This document shows, in pieces, positions 22,966 to 32,946 of a DNA stretch of 38,954 bases (the stretch's first letter is position 1; each line of letters opens with the position of its first letter). Source of the DNA: Chiloscyllium plagiosum. Lineage: Eukaryota. The DNA is taken from the NCBI RefSeq assembly GCF_004010195.1, contig NC_057718.1, positions 52,980,280-53,019,233 of the forward strand, given 5' to 3'. The position numbers were made by a program, and so were the translations under genes. Under the pieces are notes generated by a model. It saw nothing but the letters and a program-made list of their open reading frames with translations. It was not told the origin of the DNA and made no database searches.

Positions 22966-23488
22966 TGTAATGATTGAAACAAGGTCAGCTCGGTGGACTT
23001 CATAGAATATGAGTTCCCTGACTTGTACTGTTAATCAGATCCAATCAGGGATGACAGATAAGAGCAGGAGTGTCAGACATCCTGTAGCTCAGTGGTTAGC
23101 ACTGCTGCTTCACAGCGCTAGGGACCTGGGTTTGATTCCAGCCTCAGGCTACTGTCTGTGTTGAGTTTGCACATTCCTCCCGTGTCAGCATGGGTTTCCT
23201 CCAGGTGCTCCAGTTTCCTCCCACAGCCCAAAGATGTGCAGGTCAGGTGAATTGGCCATGCTAAATTGCCTGTAGTGTGGGTGCATTAGTCAGAGGGAAA
23301 TGGGTCTGGTTGGGTTACTCTTTGGAGGGTCAGTGTGGACTTGTTGGGCTGAAGGGCCTTTTTCCACACTGTCGGGAATCTAATCTAATCTTAAACATCC
23401 TATTCAGTGTAAGAGCTAGCTCTGAGGGAATTGGATGAGTGTAAAGGGGAGTTGGTGATGGGATATTAGCCTCTGTGGAGTTACTTCA
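22966..23488 (+). mobile_element. Solo LTR (Gypsy-type) interrupted by an HE1 SINE
   Basis: TG...CA ends and flanks gtgga/gtggg. Shares tatgagttccctg, ccaatcaggga, ttggtga and agttac blocks with the LTR at 32947-33168 (minus strand). Confidence 0.75.
23084..23394 (+). mobile_element. HE1-type SINE with 7-bp TSD (ACATCCT)
   Basis: SINE homology; acatcct at 23077-23083 and 23395-23401. Confidence 0.92.
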
Positions 23489-23739
23489 GTGGGTACCAGG
23501 TTCACAGGTGGAATTTATGGAATCAGGGATCCCCTGCCATTTATGTTAAACCAGATAGTGTCTCTCTCGCTCACTCTCTTTCTTGATCTCTGTCTCTAAA
23601 ACTCAGGCTATAGACAGATGTATTGGTTTGATACATGATTAGTTGGTAGAGTCTCACTTAAGGATAGAGGATTACAAATAAGATAGTCTATTGAAAAAAG
23701 ATATAAATCTGAAAATGAAAGACCAATCCATCTATTATG

Positions 23740-24375
23740 ATGGAGGATGAACCTGCAGAGACAATAACTTGGTACAAAATGAATTGGCACTTGAAAAAGT
23801 ATGGGTTAATGAATGAAAGTCAGCATCAAATTGTTAAAGCCAAATCATGTCTGAACATCATGCTTGACTTCATTGATAGTGAAATGAAATGATTGATGAC
23901 TGTCATGTAATTGAAATCAAAAAGACATTTAGTAAAATATGACATGATAGAATCACTAGGAAAAAAAAGCACATCGGGGCTAAAGGACCAGTGAGAAAAT
24001 AAATACAAAATTGGTGAAAGAACAGGGAGCAGAAGTAAAAGGTAACAGGATTCTCCCATGAGTTGATATTAGGATCATTATTCTTTCAAATATATACCAA
24101 ATATTTCAAGGTGCAATGATACTTGGTAATGTAATGCACAGTGAAGACAATAATTGTAGGCTTCTTGAATCCAAAGTCTGGTGAAATAGACAAATAACAG
24201 ATGGAATTTAACATGGTGTGGAATAATGTACATTTTAGGAAGAATGAGATGAGGCAATCTAAATGAAATGCTATCATTTTAATCTGGGATGCATAAATCT
24301 TCAAGGTTGCAGATAAAGTGAGAAGCAGAAAACAGAAGAAAATGACCCTTGGCTTTGTCAATAAGGGCATAACTG
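23740..24375 (+). mobile_element. Very old CR1 ORF2 fragment
   Basis: Degenerate blocks: gggttaatgaatgaaagtcagcat (ESQH), aaatcatgtctga (KSCL), cagatggaatttaacatgg (QMEFN), cttggctttgtcaata (LGFVN). Confidence 0.6.
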
Positions 24376-24519
24376 TAAAATTCAGCTCCTTACTGCCTAG
24401 TTTCTCAGTAATATCAGTAGTGTTTTGGCTCTAAAATCACACACACAACATGCACACACACCCTCTGCAGTGTGAGCTGCACAAGGTATAATTTACTGAG
24501 GCCATTTATAAATGTTTTA

Positions 24520-24630
24520 TCATAATTTTAAAGAAACGGGCAGAGTTCTTTCTAGTGGCCTTTATCTCTCAATCAATATCAGAAAATTATACTGTCTGAT
24601 CATTATCACTTTGTTGTTTGTGACAGCTGA
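24520..24630 (+). mobile_element. Possible DeuSINE (SacSINE1/AmnSINE1-type) Deu-domain fragment
   Basis: gagttct...tttatctctcaatcaatatca...tctgatcattatcactttgttgtttgtg resembles the Deu-domain consensus as recalled; not verified by alignment. Confidence 0.5.
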
Positions 24631-24898
24631 GACAAGAAAGATTCAAAAGGAACCCGAGGAGCAACTATTTCACATAGAGGGCGATTTGTAAGTGAAATAA
24701 ACTGCCAGAGGAAGCGATAGATGCAGGTATAGATAAAACATTTAAAAGATATTTGGACAGGAACATGAATAGGAAAAGGTTAGAGGGATATTGGCCAAAT
24801 GCAAGCAAGTGGGACTAGTTTAGTTTGGGAAACTTGGGCAGCATGGATAAGTTGGACTGAAGGGTCTGTTTTTCTGCTGTATGACTCGATGACGCTAT
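24630..24898 (+). mobile_element. CR1 3'-end fragment
   Basis: RFKRNPRSNYF.*RA, LPEEAIDAG and FKRYLDRNM remnants, followed by a hairpin tail. Confidence 0.85.
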
Positions 24899-24939
24899 GG
24901 ATGCTCAGGGAACATCCGGTAGAAATATGTGGAGTAGTC

Positions 24940-25095
24940 AGTACAATACAGATAGCTAAGTTCTTGATTACCAAGGAGATCAAAGGTTACAGGAAAGTGG
25001 GAAAATGGGGTTGAAAGACCAATCAGCCATGATTGAATAGTGGAGCAGACACAATGGGCCGAATGGCCTAATCTCAGCTCCTCTTATGGTCTTAA
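24940..25095 (+). mobile_element. CR1 3'-end fragment (another subfamily)
   Basis: atcagccatgattgaatagtggagcagac...gggccgaatggcctaat...cttatggtctta tail. Confidence 0.8.
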
Positions 25096-25419
25096 CACCA
25101 GTGCAGTCACTTTGCAGATTCAACCCTCCAAAAGTAACAACATTTCTTAAACAGGCAGACCTGAACGTGCATTCAGTAGCAGGAAAAACAACATATTTAT
25201 CATTCCTCTCTCGCCGCTTGGTTCATGATTGATTTTTATCAGCTGTTACTTTGACCATGCCGTTGCTCTCACTAAGTGTTCAGTGGCTACTAGAGCTCAT
25301 TAAAGTTGCCAGCATCTGCGAGCATGGTGTGGTCCTTGCTGAAGGACTTTGTGTGAACCAGTTGTTCCAGACGTGATGAGGTAAGTTGGTCTCTGGCATA
25401 ACAGGCAGAATGAGAAGTG

Positions 25420-25858
25420 ATAGTGATAGAGGAGAAGGAGCTGGCAGAAGTGGGAGGTAAAGGGCTCTCAGCAGGAGGTCATACCCACCTAAGGTTTTCA
25501 AGGAAGCAATGCACCGAGCTGAATCTCAGAAAGGAACAATAAGTCAGATGTTTGTTCTGTTGTAAGAACGTCCTTATTTGTAATCTACTACTGAAGCCAG
25601 AACTCTAGCCTCTGAGCACAACAAGGACTGCATTGCTTGTGGCTGTGACCATTATCATGATCTTTACATGTTCGTCCCCTTCCAGGCAGTATTAAGGATA
25701 TTTATAAACTTTTCCAGTTTGGCAACTATCATTTCATGAGTCAGGTTACTGAGGCCTTATATTCTGAGAGAGATGAAAACATTTCAACTTATCTAACAGA
25801 GACAGAGAAAAGATGATATATTTCTTTGCTTGATTTCTGCGTTTCTCCATGGTGCAAT
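25420..25858 (+). mobile_element. PIF/Harbinger DNA transposon remnant (HARBI1-like transposase N-terminal half)
   Basis: Frame-broken peptides RRSYPPKVFK, LNLRKEQ*VR, L*PLSTTRTALLVAV, FQA and SQVTEALYSERDENIS appear in the order expected for Harbinger transposases. Confidence 0.7.
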
Positions 25859-26322
25859 ATGAGAGTTAGGTTTAGATTAGGTTTCATTGCCATGTTTTTT
25901 TTTGTTACGTTACTCATATACGGTGTACAAGAGGACATTGAAAACTAAGTGGATACATGTAACTTTGCAATTTTCCATGTTGTAAATTCTATGATGCAGC
26001 ATAATTGCAAGTGGAGCTAAAGTGCAATTATATGCAGAATATCACAGGACTTAATGTCTCAAATCCAGGCAGACGCCTTGACACCTAAATTCAATGTCTT
26101 TATTCTATGTGTCTCTTATCAATGTTAGATCATGACAAATAAAAACAGGAGTAGAGGTTGACCCAGCAAGACTGCTCCATCATTCAATAGGATCATTGCA
26201 CCACATTCATTTTCTTGCCCTTCCCCCTAACTCTTGATGCCTTTACTGGTCAAGAATTTACATAACTCAGCCTTAAATATACACAAGGACTCTGTGCCGA
26301 CAGCTCTCTGTAGCAACGAGAT

Positions 26323-27650
26323 CCAAGATGGTGGCGGAGGAGGACGCTCAGCCAGAGCGTGTCCATTCCATCTATTCTTCTTCCGCTTTCTTTCTTTTTC
26401 TTTCCTCTTAGTGTCTTTTACTTCTCTATCCCAGCCTCCGATGACTCCTGGCCTTGTGCAGCAGCCTCCTGGCGTGAAATGGCGACCTCCCAGCGTGATG
26501 CAGCAGCCTCCCTTAGCGATCTCCCGGCCTGGTGCAGTAGCCTCCCATAGTAGCCTTCTGGCATGGTGAAGCAGCCTCCCATAGTGGCCTTCTGGCCTGG
26601 TGCAGTAGCCTCCCATAGCAGCCTCCTGGCCTGGTGCAGCAGCCTCCCATAGTGATCTCCCGGCCTGGTGCAGCAGCCTCCTATAGCGATCTCCTGGCCT
26701 GGTGCAGCTGCCTCTATAGCGATCTCCAGGCCTGGTGTAGCAGCCTCCCATAGCGATCTCCTGGTCTGGTGCAGCAGCCTCCTATAGCGATCTCCTGGCC
26801 TGGTGCAGTAGCCTCCCATAGTAGGCTTCTGGCCTGGTGCAGCAGCCTCCCATAGTAGCCTCCTAGCCTGGTGCAGCAGCCTCCCATAGTGATCTCCCGG
26901 CCTGGTGCAGCAGCTTCCCATAGCAGCCTCCTGGCCTGGTGCAGTAGCCTCCCATAGTAGCCTTCTGGCCTGGTGCAGCAGCCTCCCATAGTAGCCTCCT
27001 GGGCTGGTGCAGCAGCCTCTCATAGCGATCTCCCGGCCTGGTGCAGCAGCCTCCCACAGCGATCTCCTGGCCTGGTGCAGCAGCCTCCTATAGCGATCTC
27101 CCGGCCTGGTGCAGCAGCCTCTCATAGCGATCTCCCGGCCTGGTGCAGCAGCCTCCCATAGCGATCTCCCAGCTTGGTGCAGCAGCCTCCCATGGAGATC
27201 TCAGGGTCTGGTGCAGCAGCGTCCCTTAGCGATCTCCTGGCCTAGTGCAGCTGCCTCCCATAGCAGCCTCTTGATCTGGTGCAGCTGCCTCCCATTGCAA
27301 CCTCCCGGTGTGGTGGAGTTACCTCCTGGTGTGGCATGGCAATCTCCCAGCCCAGCATGGTGGCCTCTCTACCTACTGAAGCAGCCTCCTGGATGGCAAT
27401 CTGAAGCACTCTCCCGGCCTTATAAATCTCAAGGTGAAACCCTGTGAAGTCTGCAGCTAGGGCCCAGTGTGGTCTGTTGTTCTGAACTTTTATTTCTGCA
27501 ATGCTGGACATTTTGTTTCTCAATTGTCTAAGATCTTATAACTAAAGAACCTGTACCTATGTATCTTTGTACCTAGGTTGGCACTGTAAGTGGTGACATA
27601 TAAACCTTCCACTATCCTCATTGTGTATATGTGACAATAGAGGCTAATTC
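26323..27650 (+). mobile_element. Putative non-autonomous retroposon with internal VNTR and Rex1-like 3' tail
   Basis: Interrupts the CR1. Starts ccaagatggtggcgg and ends aaaccttccactatcctcattgtgtatatgtgacaatagag, similar to the Rex1 tail at 37785-37825 (minus strand). Confidence 0.6.
26494..27308 (+). repeat. 34-bp minisatellite, 24 units
   Basis: Unit CCTGGTGCAGCAGCCTCCCATAG followed by either CGATCTCCYGG or YAGCCTYCTGG; units counted by eye, one is 33 bp. Confidence 0.95.
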
Positions 27651-27885
27651 TCATGAAAAGACCTATCAGAGAAGAAATTCCTCCTTATCACAAACTTAAA
27701 TTGACACACACTTAATGCTGAGTCTATGTTGACTGGTCATAGACTCTTCCATGAGGGGGAGTATCCTCTCAGTATATACCCTGTCAAGCTTAAGAATCCC
27801 ACATGTCTCAATAAGATCACCTCTCATTCTTTCCCAAGTAGAGTCACAACCTGTTTATGCTTTGCTCATAAGGCAGTCCCTCCAT

Positions 27886-28086
27886 GGTGGGTGCCTGGAA
27901 TGTGTTGCCAGCGGAGGTAGTAGGGGTGAGAACAATAGACAGATAGATGCATGGGCAGGAAGCAAAGGGATACAGATCCTGAGAAAATAGGCGGCAGGTT
28001 TAGATAGAAGATCTGGATCAGCGCAGGCCTGGAGGGCCGAAGGGCTTGTACCTGTGCTGTAAGGCTCTATGTTCTTTGGTCTTTGT
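27886..28086 (+). mobile_element. 5'-truncated CR1 3' end with 5-bp TSD (TCCAT)
   Basis: gggtgcctggaatgtgttgcca...ggagggccgaagggc...ctatgttct; tccat at 27881-27885 and 28087-28091. Confidence 0.85.
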
Positions 28087-28209
28087 TCCATACTGGAGAT
28101 CACCACAGAAAACTTTCACTGAACTGCTTCCAGTCAAATAACATCTTTCCTTCAATAAGGCAACCAAAACTGCTCACAGTACTCTAGATGTGGTCTCACC
28201 AGGACCTTG

Positions 28210-28521
28210 GGGGGCAGCATGGTGGCTCAGTGGTTAGCACTGCTGCCTCACAGTGCTAGGGACCTGGGTTCAATTCCAGCCTCGGGTGACTGCATAGAGT
28301 TTGCATGTTCTCCCTGTGTTTGCATGGGTTTCCTCTGGGTGCTCCGGTTCCCTCCCACAGTCCAAAGATGTGCAGGTCAGATGAATTGGCCATGCTAAAC
28401 TGCCCGTAGTGTTAGGTGGGAAAGTAGGGGAATGGGTCTGGGTAGGTTACTCTTCGGAGGGTTGATGTGGACTTGTTGGGCCGAAGGGCCTGTTTCTGCT
28501 CTGTAGGGACTCGAATCTGAT
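28210..28521 (+). mobile_element. HE1-type SINE (4-bp flanking repeat CTTG)
   Basis: A and B boxes, family homology; cttg at 28206-28209 and 28522-28525. Confidence 0.92.
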
Positions 28522-28869
28522 CTTGTACAATCGTAATGTGGCTTCCTGACTCTTATACTCCAATCCCTTTGAAATAAGGGATAACATTCCATTCGCTATC
28601 TGGATGAGGTGCTGCATCTGCGTGCTGGCTTTCTGTGCTTCATGCACAAGTATCCCCAAGTCCCTTTGTGTTGTGATTTTCTCAGTCTTCCTCCTTTTAA
28701 ATAATACTCTGTTCTTTTGTCTCCCCTTCTGAAATGAACAGCTTCACATTTTCCCACACTATGTCCACAACTTCTTGCCCACTTTCTTACCCTCACAATA
28801 TCTCTCCGTAAATTCTTCGTATCCCTGTCTCAACTTACCTATCCATTATTTTCCACACAGCTTCATTTG

Positions 28870-29607
28870 AGAAGGATTCACATTTTTGGATCATTGGAAT
28901 CTTTTCTGGGTAGAAGTGACCTGTACAAGAAGGATGGATTACACCTGAATTGGAAGGGAACTATAATGGAAGGAGACTATAATATACTGGCAGGGAGATT
29001 TGCTCGAGCTGCTTGGGAATATTTAAACTAGTAAGATGGGATGGGGGTGGGGGTGGGGGTAGGGGTGGAGGTGGGACCCAGGGAGATACCGAGGAAAGAT
29101 CAATCTGAGACTGGTACAGTTGAAGAAAGAAGTGAGTTAAATAGTCAGGGCAGGTAGGGACAAAGCAGAGAACGAGGTAGGACTCATAAATTAAACTGCA
29201 TTTATTTCAATGCAGGAGGCCTAACAGGGAAGGAAGATGAACTCAGGGCATGGTTAGGAACATAGTACTAGGATATCATAGCAATTACAGAAATCTGGCT
29301 CAGGGATGGACAGGACTAGCAGCTTAGGTGGAGAGGAATTTGTTAAGTGTCTACAAGAAAAGTTTCTGATTCAGTATGTAGATGTACCTACAAGAGAAGG
29401 TGCAAAACTTGACCTACTCTTGAGAAATAAGGCAGGGCAGATGAGTGATGTGTCAGTGGGGAGCACTTTGGGGCCAGTAAGGCACTCGACAAGGTTCCCC
29501 ATGGGAGACTGGTTAAATCTCATGGAATACAAGGAGAACTAACCACTTGGATACAGAACTGGCTCAAAGATAGAAGACAAAGGGTAGTGGTGGAGGGTTG
29601 TTTTCAA
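28870..29607 (+). mobile_element. CR1 fragment with two large internal deletions; same subfamily as 34290-37752
   Basis: High similarity to about 35605-36010, 36330-36485 and 37553-37695, in succession. Confidence 0.9.
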
Positions 29608-29844
29608 TGGATGTACATAAAAGCTCCTGGTATCTACATATGTTACAATCACAGGCATCTCCACTTCTGGGCTAGTACTGAACAATGCAGTTACAATTGT
29701 CATGTGCTTCCTTAATGTGGCATGCTACAAATATGGCCCCAGTATGATGGAGTCTGAGGCCTTTATACAATCAGATAAGCATGTCACTTAAAGGTATACT
29801 GCATAACAGCAATGAGAAGTAACATATTCACCAAGATTCACAGT

Positions 29845-29908
29845 GGTATGCGGAGTGGACTCGATGGGCCGAATGGCCTTACTTCCACTCCTGTGTCTTA
29901 TGTCTTAT
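29845..29908 (+). mobile_element. Very short CR1 3' tail
   Basis: ggactcgatgggccgaatggccttacttccactcctgtgtcttatgtctta. Confidence 0.7.
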
Positions 29909-31060
29909 AATGCATATCCTCACCAGTGTATGGAACACTTTGTCACAACATATAAAGTGAACAGCTAAGGGGGAGAAAGGAGGGACAAGAGGCAGAAGAG
30001 AGGGAGTGAGAAAGAAAGGAAAGGGTGAAACAACTTATAGACAATCATTTTCTGGATGGGATGAGTGACTTCATGAGTAACTTTTCCAAATGTGAGATCC
30101 AATAAACAGAACGCCAATTCCCCTATCACTACAATCTAACACCTTACCTTCTGTCTTTTATACATAATCACAATAGCTGGCCATGACACATATTTATCAC
30201 TAACCAAAATGGGCAAATCAAATTTACAAAGCAAAGATTCTTATAATGCATACAGAAAGCAACAAAACCCCATCTCTTATGCGTTTTCTTCATCCCTGTT
30301 TTCTGAGTGTACATGTCTGTACTACAATGACTGTGACAAGACTGGTGGAAGGCTGTTGTCCTTCATTGGAGGAGATTATAATTCCTATTGGGTGTTTTCA
30401 GGCAGCTGACCTTAAAAGTCTGGGCTTTAATTGGGACGGTATGATCTCAGCATGGGCAGCAATTATCTCAACTGGCTGGCTGACTGGAGATAGCAAAGAC
30501 ACTGGTAAACAAAGCAGAGGGAGGATTTATACTGTCATCCTGAGAGACAGGGCAGCAGGCTCATGCTCCATTAAACTATTTCCTATTACCCTTGACCGGT
30601 GCTTTAGCAAACCTGGTAACTTGCTGGAGGGCTATGAGCTCAATTTGCTCGTGGTGCAGAGGAGTTGGAAACTTATTCCATGGAACACCACATTTTTATT
30701 GGTTCCACAACCATTCTGAAAGAGTTGACCATCAAATCCAGGTGGAAGAGTATGAACTCTGGGCTCTTGTAAAGCCCTGTCCATGCTTCTTCACAACTTG
30801 CAGGTCCTACCTTGAAGCTGTCTTTTGAATTAAAGGCAGGGCCAATGCATGAGCTAATGAATGTGATGATAAAAGTGAATGATGTGTTTCTTCTTTATCC
30901 TGGCCTCACAGTTTTCTATCTCTTGCTCTCTAGCCCATTCGTACTTCTGGGTATCTAAGAGAAAGAAAGACACTCGAAGTGAAGAAAGGAGGGGTAAGTA
31001 AGAGGTCGCTGGTAATACAACATGTAGCTTATAAATCAGAAGAGATTCTATGATAAGAGA

Positions 31061-31388
31061 GGCATGGTGGCTCAGTGGTTAGCACTGCTGCCTCACAGTG
31101 TCAGGGACCTGAGTTCGATTCCAGCCTTGGGCAGACTGTCTGTATGGAGGTTGCACATTTTCCCTGCTTCTGCGTGGGTTTCCTCCGGGTGTTCCAGTTT
31201 CCTCCCACAATCCAAAGACATGCAGGTTAGGTGAATTGGCCGTGATAAATTGCCCGTAGTATTCAAGAATGTGTAGGTTAGGTGTGTTAATCAAGGGTAA
31301 ATACAGGATAATGGAGAATGTCTGGGTAGGTGTGAACTTGTTAGGCCGAAGGGCCTGTTTCTATACTGTAGGAATTCTATGATTCTAC
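31061..31388 (+). mobile_element. HE1-type SINE (variant tail, ATTCTATG repeat)
   Basis: TGGCTCAGTGG A box, AGTTCGATTCC B box, family homology. Confidence 0.9.
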
Positions 31389-32189
31389 GAGAAGATTAGA
31401 ATTTGGACTCAGATATGAGAATCCTGACTGCTTCAGTCCAGCCAGTGATCACGGTCTCTAGATGTGGGAGCAACATCTCCTCCACTTTGATTAGGACCTT
31501 CAGCCAAGCCTGTGTCTGCTGTTTAACTCCTGCTCCCTGCAGTTCTGCATCACATTGGGATGAAACAGAAAGGGGGATGTGTCAGTGATTGTGGTGCAAT
31601 CTTTATGGCTGATGCGTTTTTCATGGTTAAATAACTATAAGTATCTGGTAGGGTATGTACATTGGATTTTCTCATGTGGGCAATCATGTACAGCAGAGAA
31701 AATTCAATTTCAAGATGGAACTCTGACTAAACTGTTCAATGCAAAATTAAATACAATAAATTGTTTTATAATGAAAAATTCACCATCATCAAGGCAGGCA
31801 CAGCAGGGTCACCCATAGCTGCTTCAATGTTTCTGTTCCCTTGGGCATAGAATAAGATACAATGAAATTGAATGATTTTGAGAAAGCCCCAAGATATGGT
31901 GTTAATAATAATAACAGAAAGAATAAAATGACAGATATAAATTGTGAATTTTGCAATACATATCTGTCCAATAATCATTGTAATGTAAGCTAATTATTGC
32001 CTTCACAACAAGCTGTCCTGCATAAAGACATCTTAACTTGTTATCAGTTTAAAAGCAGTTTTGTGATGAAAGCACAGTGAGCTCAGTTTTGAGTGATTGG
32101 CTAAATTTCAGCAAGACCCAAAAGTGATATGGGAATCATGCTGATAAAAAGCAGGACAAATCCATTCTGGCCAATAACCATCCCATCAG

Positions 32190-32670
32190 CCTCCCCTTTA
32201 GTCTTTCAGCCACCTCCTCTTCACCAGGGACATGCAGTCCATCGACACTTCCACCCACCATCAGGACAGGCTGAAGGCACTCCACTTCTTCCTTGATCAG
32301 AAACCTGGACAGTCACTATCCACCACCACAACCCTCTTTCTAGCTGAGCTCATTCTCACTTGGAGCAATTTCTCCTTTAGACCGTCTCACTTTCTCGAGG
32401 TAAAACGTGTGGCAGTAGTCAAGCACATGGCTCTCAGTTATGCCTGCCTCTTTGTGGCATATGTAAAACATCCTGTTTAAGTTTTACTCAGGACTCGATT
32501 CATCTCTTTCTCTGTACATTCATAACTGTATTACTGGTGTTTCTTGCTCTTGTCTAAATTGAAAAAACAATACATTTTGCTTCCAATTTGCATCCATCTC
32601 TCCCCTTCACCTGATCCATCTGTGGTCCTTCCCTTCCCTTCCTTGACTTCTGTGTTTCCATTTCCATTTT
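32190..32670 (+). mobile_element. PLE reverse-transcriptase fragment
   Basis: LFTRDMQSIDTSTHHQD.LKAL.FFLD...LAELILT.SNFSF..SHFLEVK.VA...HMA.SYACLFV matches PLE RT motifs in degenerate form. Confidence 0.85.
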
Positions 32671-32946
32671 ATTTAGCTGAGACTGGTGGACAATGCACAC
32701 GGAAGTCCCTTTGATCCCCGGTGCTCAGATAGTGCTAACCCTGCCCGCAAGCAGCAAGATATAAACACCATGACAATTTATAATACACAATTATCAGAGA
32801 AAGACATTTTACATAAAGAGAGAGCCTATCATTCCACATAATTTAATGGCACTACTGTTCTTTGCACTCTCCCACACTCAACAATCCAACAGTGACCAGA
32901 AACTTAGTATAAACATTCACATACTTATTTACTGTGCCTACGAGCA

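Larger units (their letters stand above)
26130..28860 (-). mobile_element. Old CR1 3' fragment hosting three younger insertions
   Basis: Collinear minus-strand pieces at about 26130-26322, 27650-27885, 28087-28209 and 28522-28860 (GKCEAVHF, ANGMLSLISKGLEYKS, LVRPHLEYCEQFW). Confidence 0.85.

Noticed and set aside
26494..27308. CRISPR-like array (34-bp periodicity, constant plus variable part)
   Set aside because: The variable parts are only two recurring 11-bp variants, not unique spacers; no cas genes; eukaryotic context.
26227..27523. Long Cys/Gly/Arg-rich ORFs (up to 235 aa)
   Set aside because: By-products of a stop-poor tandem repeat whose unit is not a multiple of three.
30592..30828. 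TLDc-domain gene call (OXR1/NCOA7-like)
   Set aside because: Only a loose C-terminal resemblance with incompatible upstream spacing; kept as an unassigned finding, not a feature.
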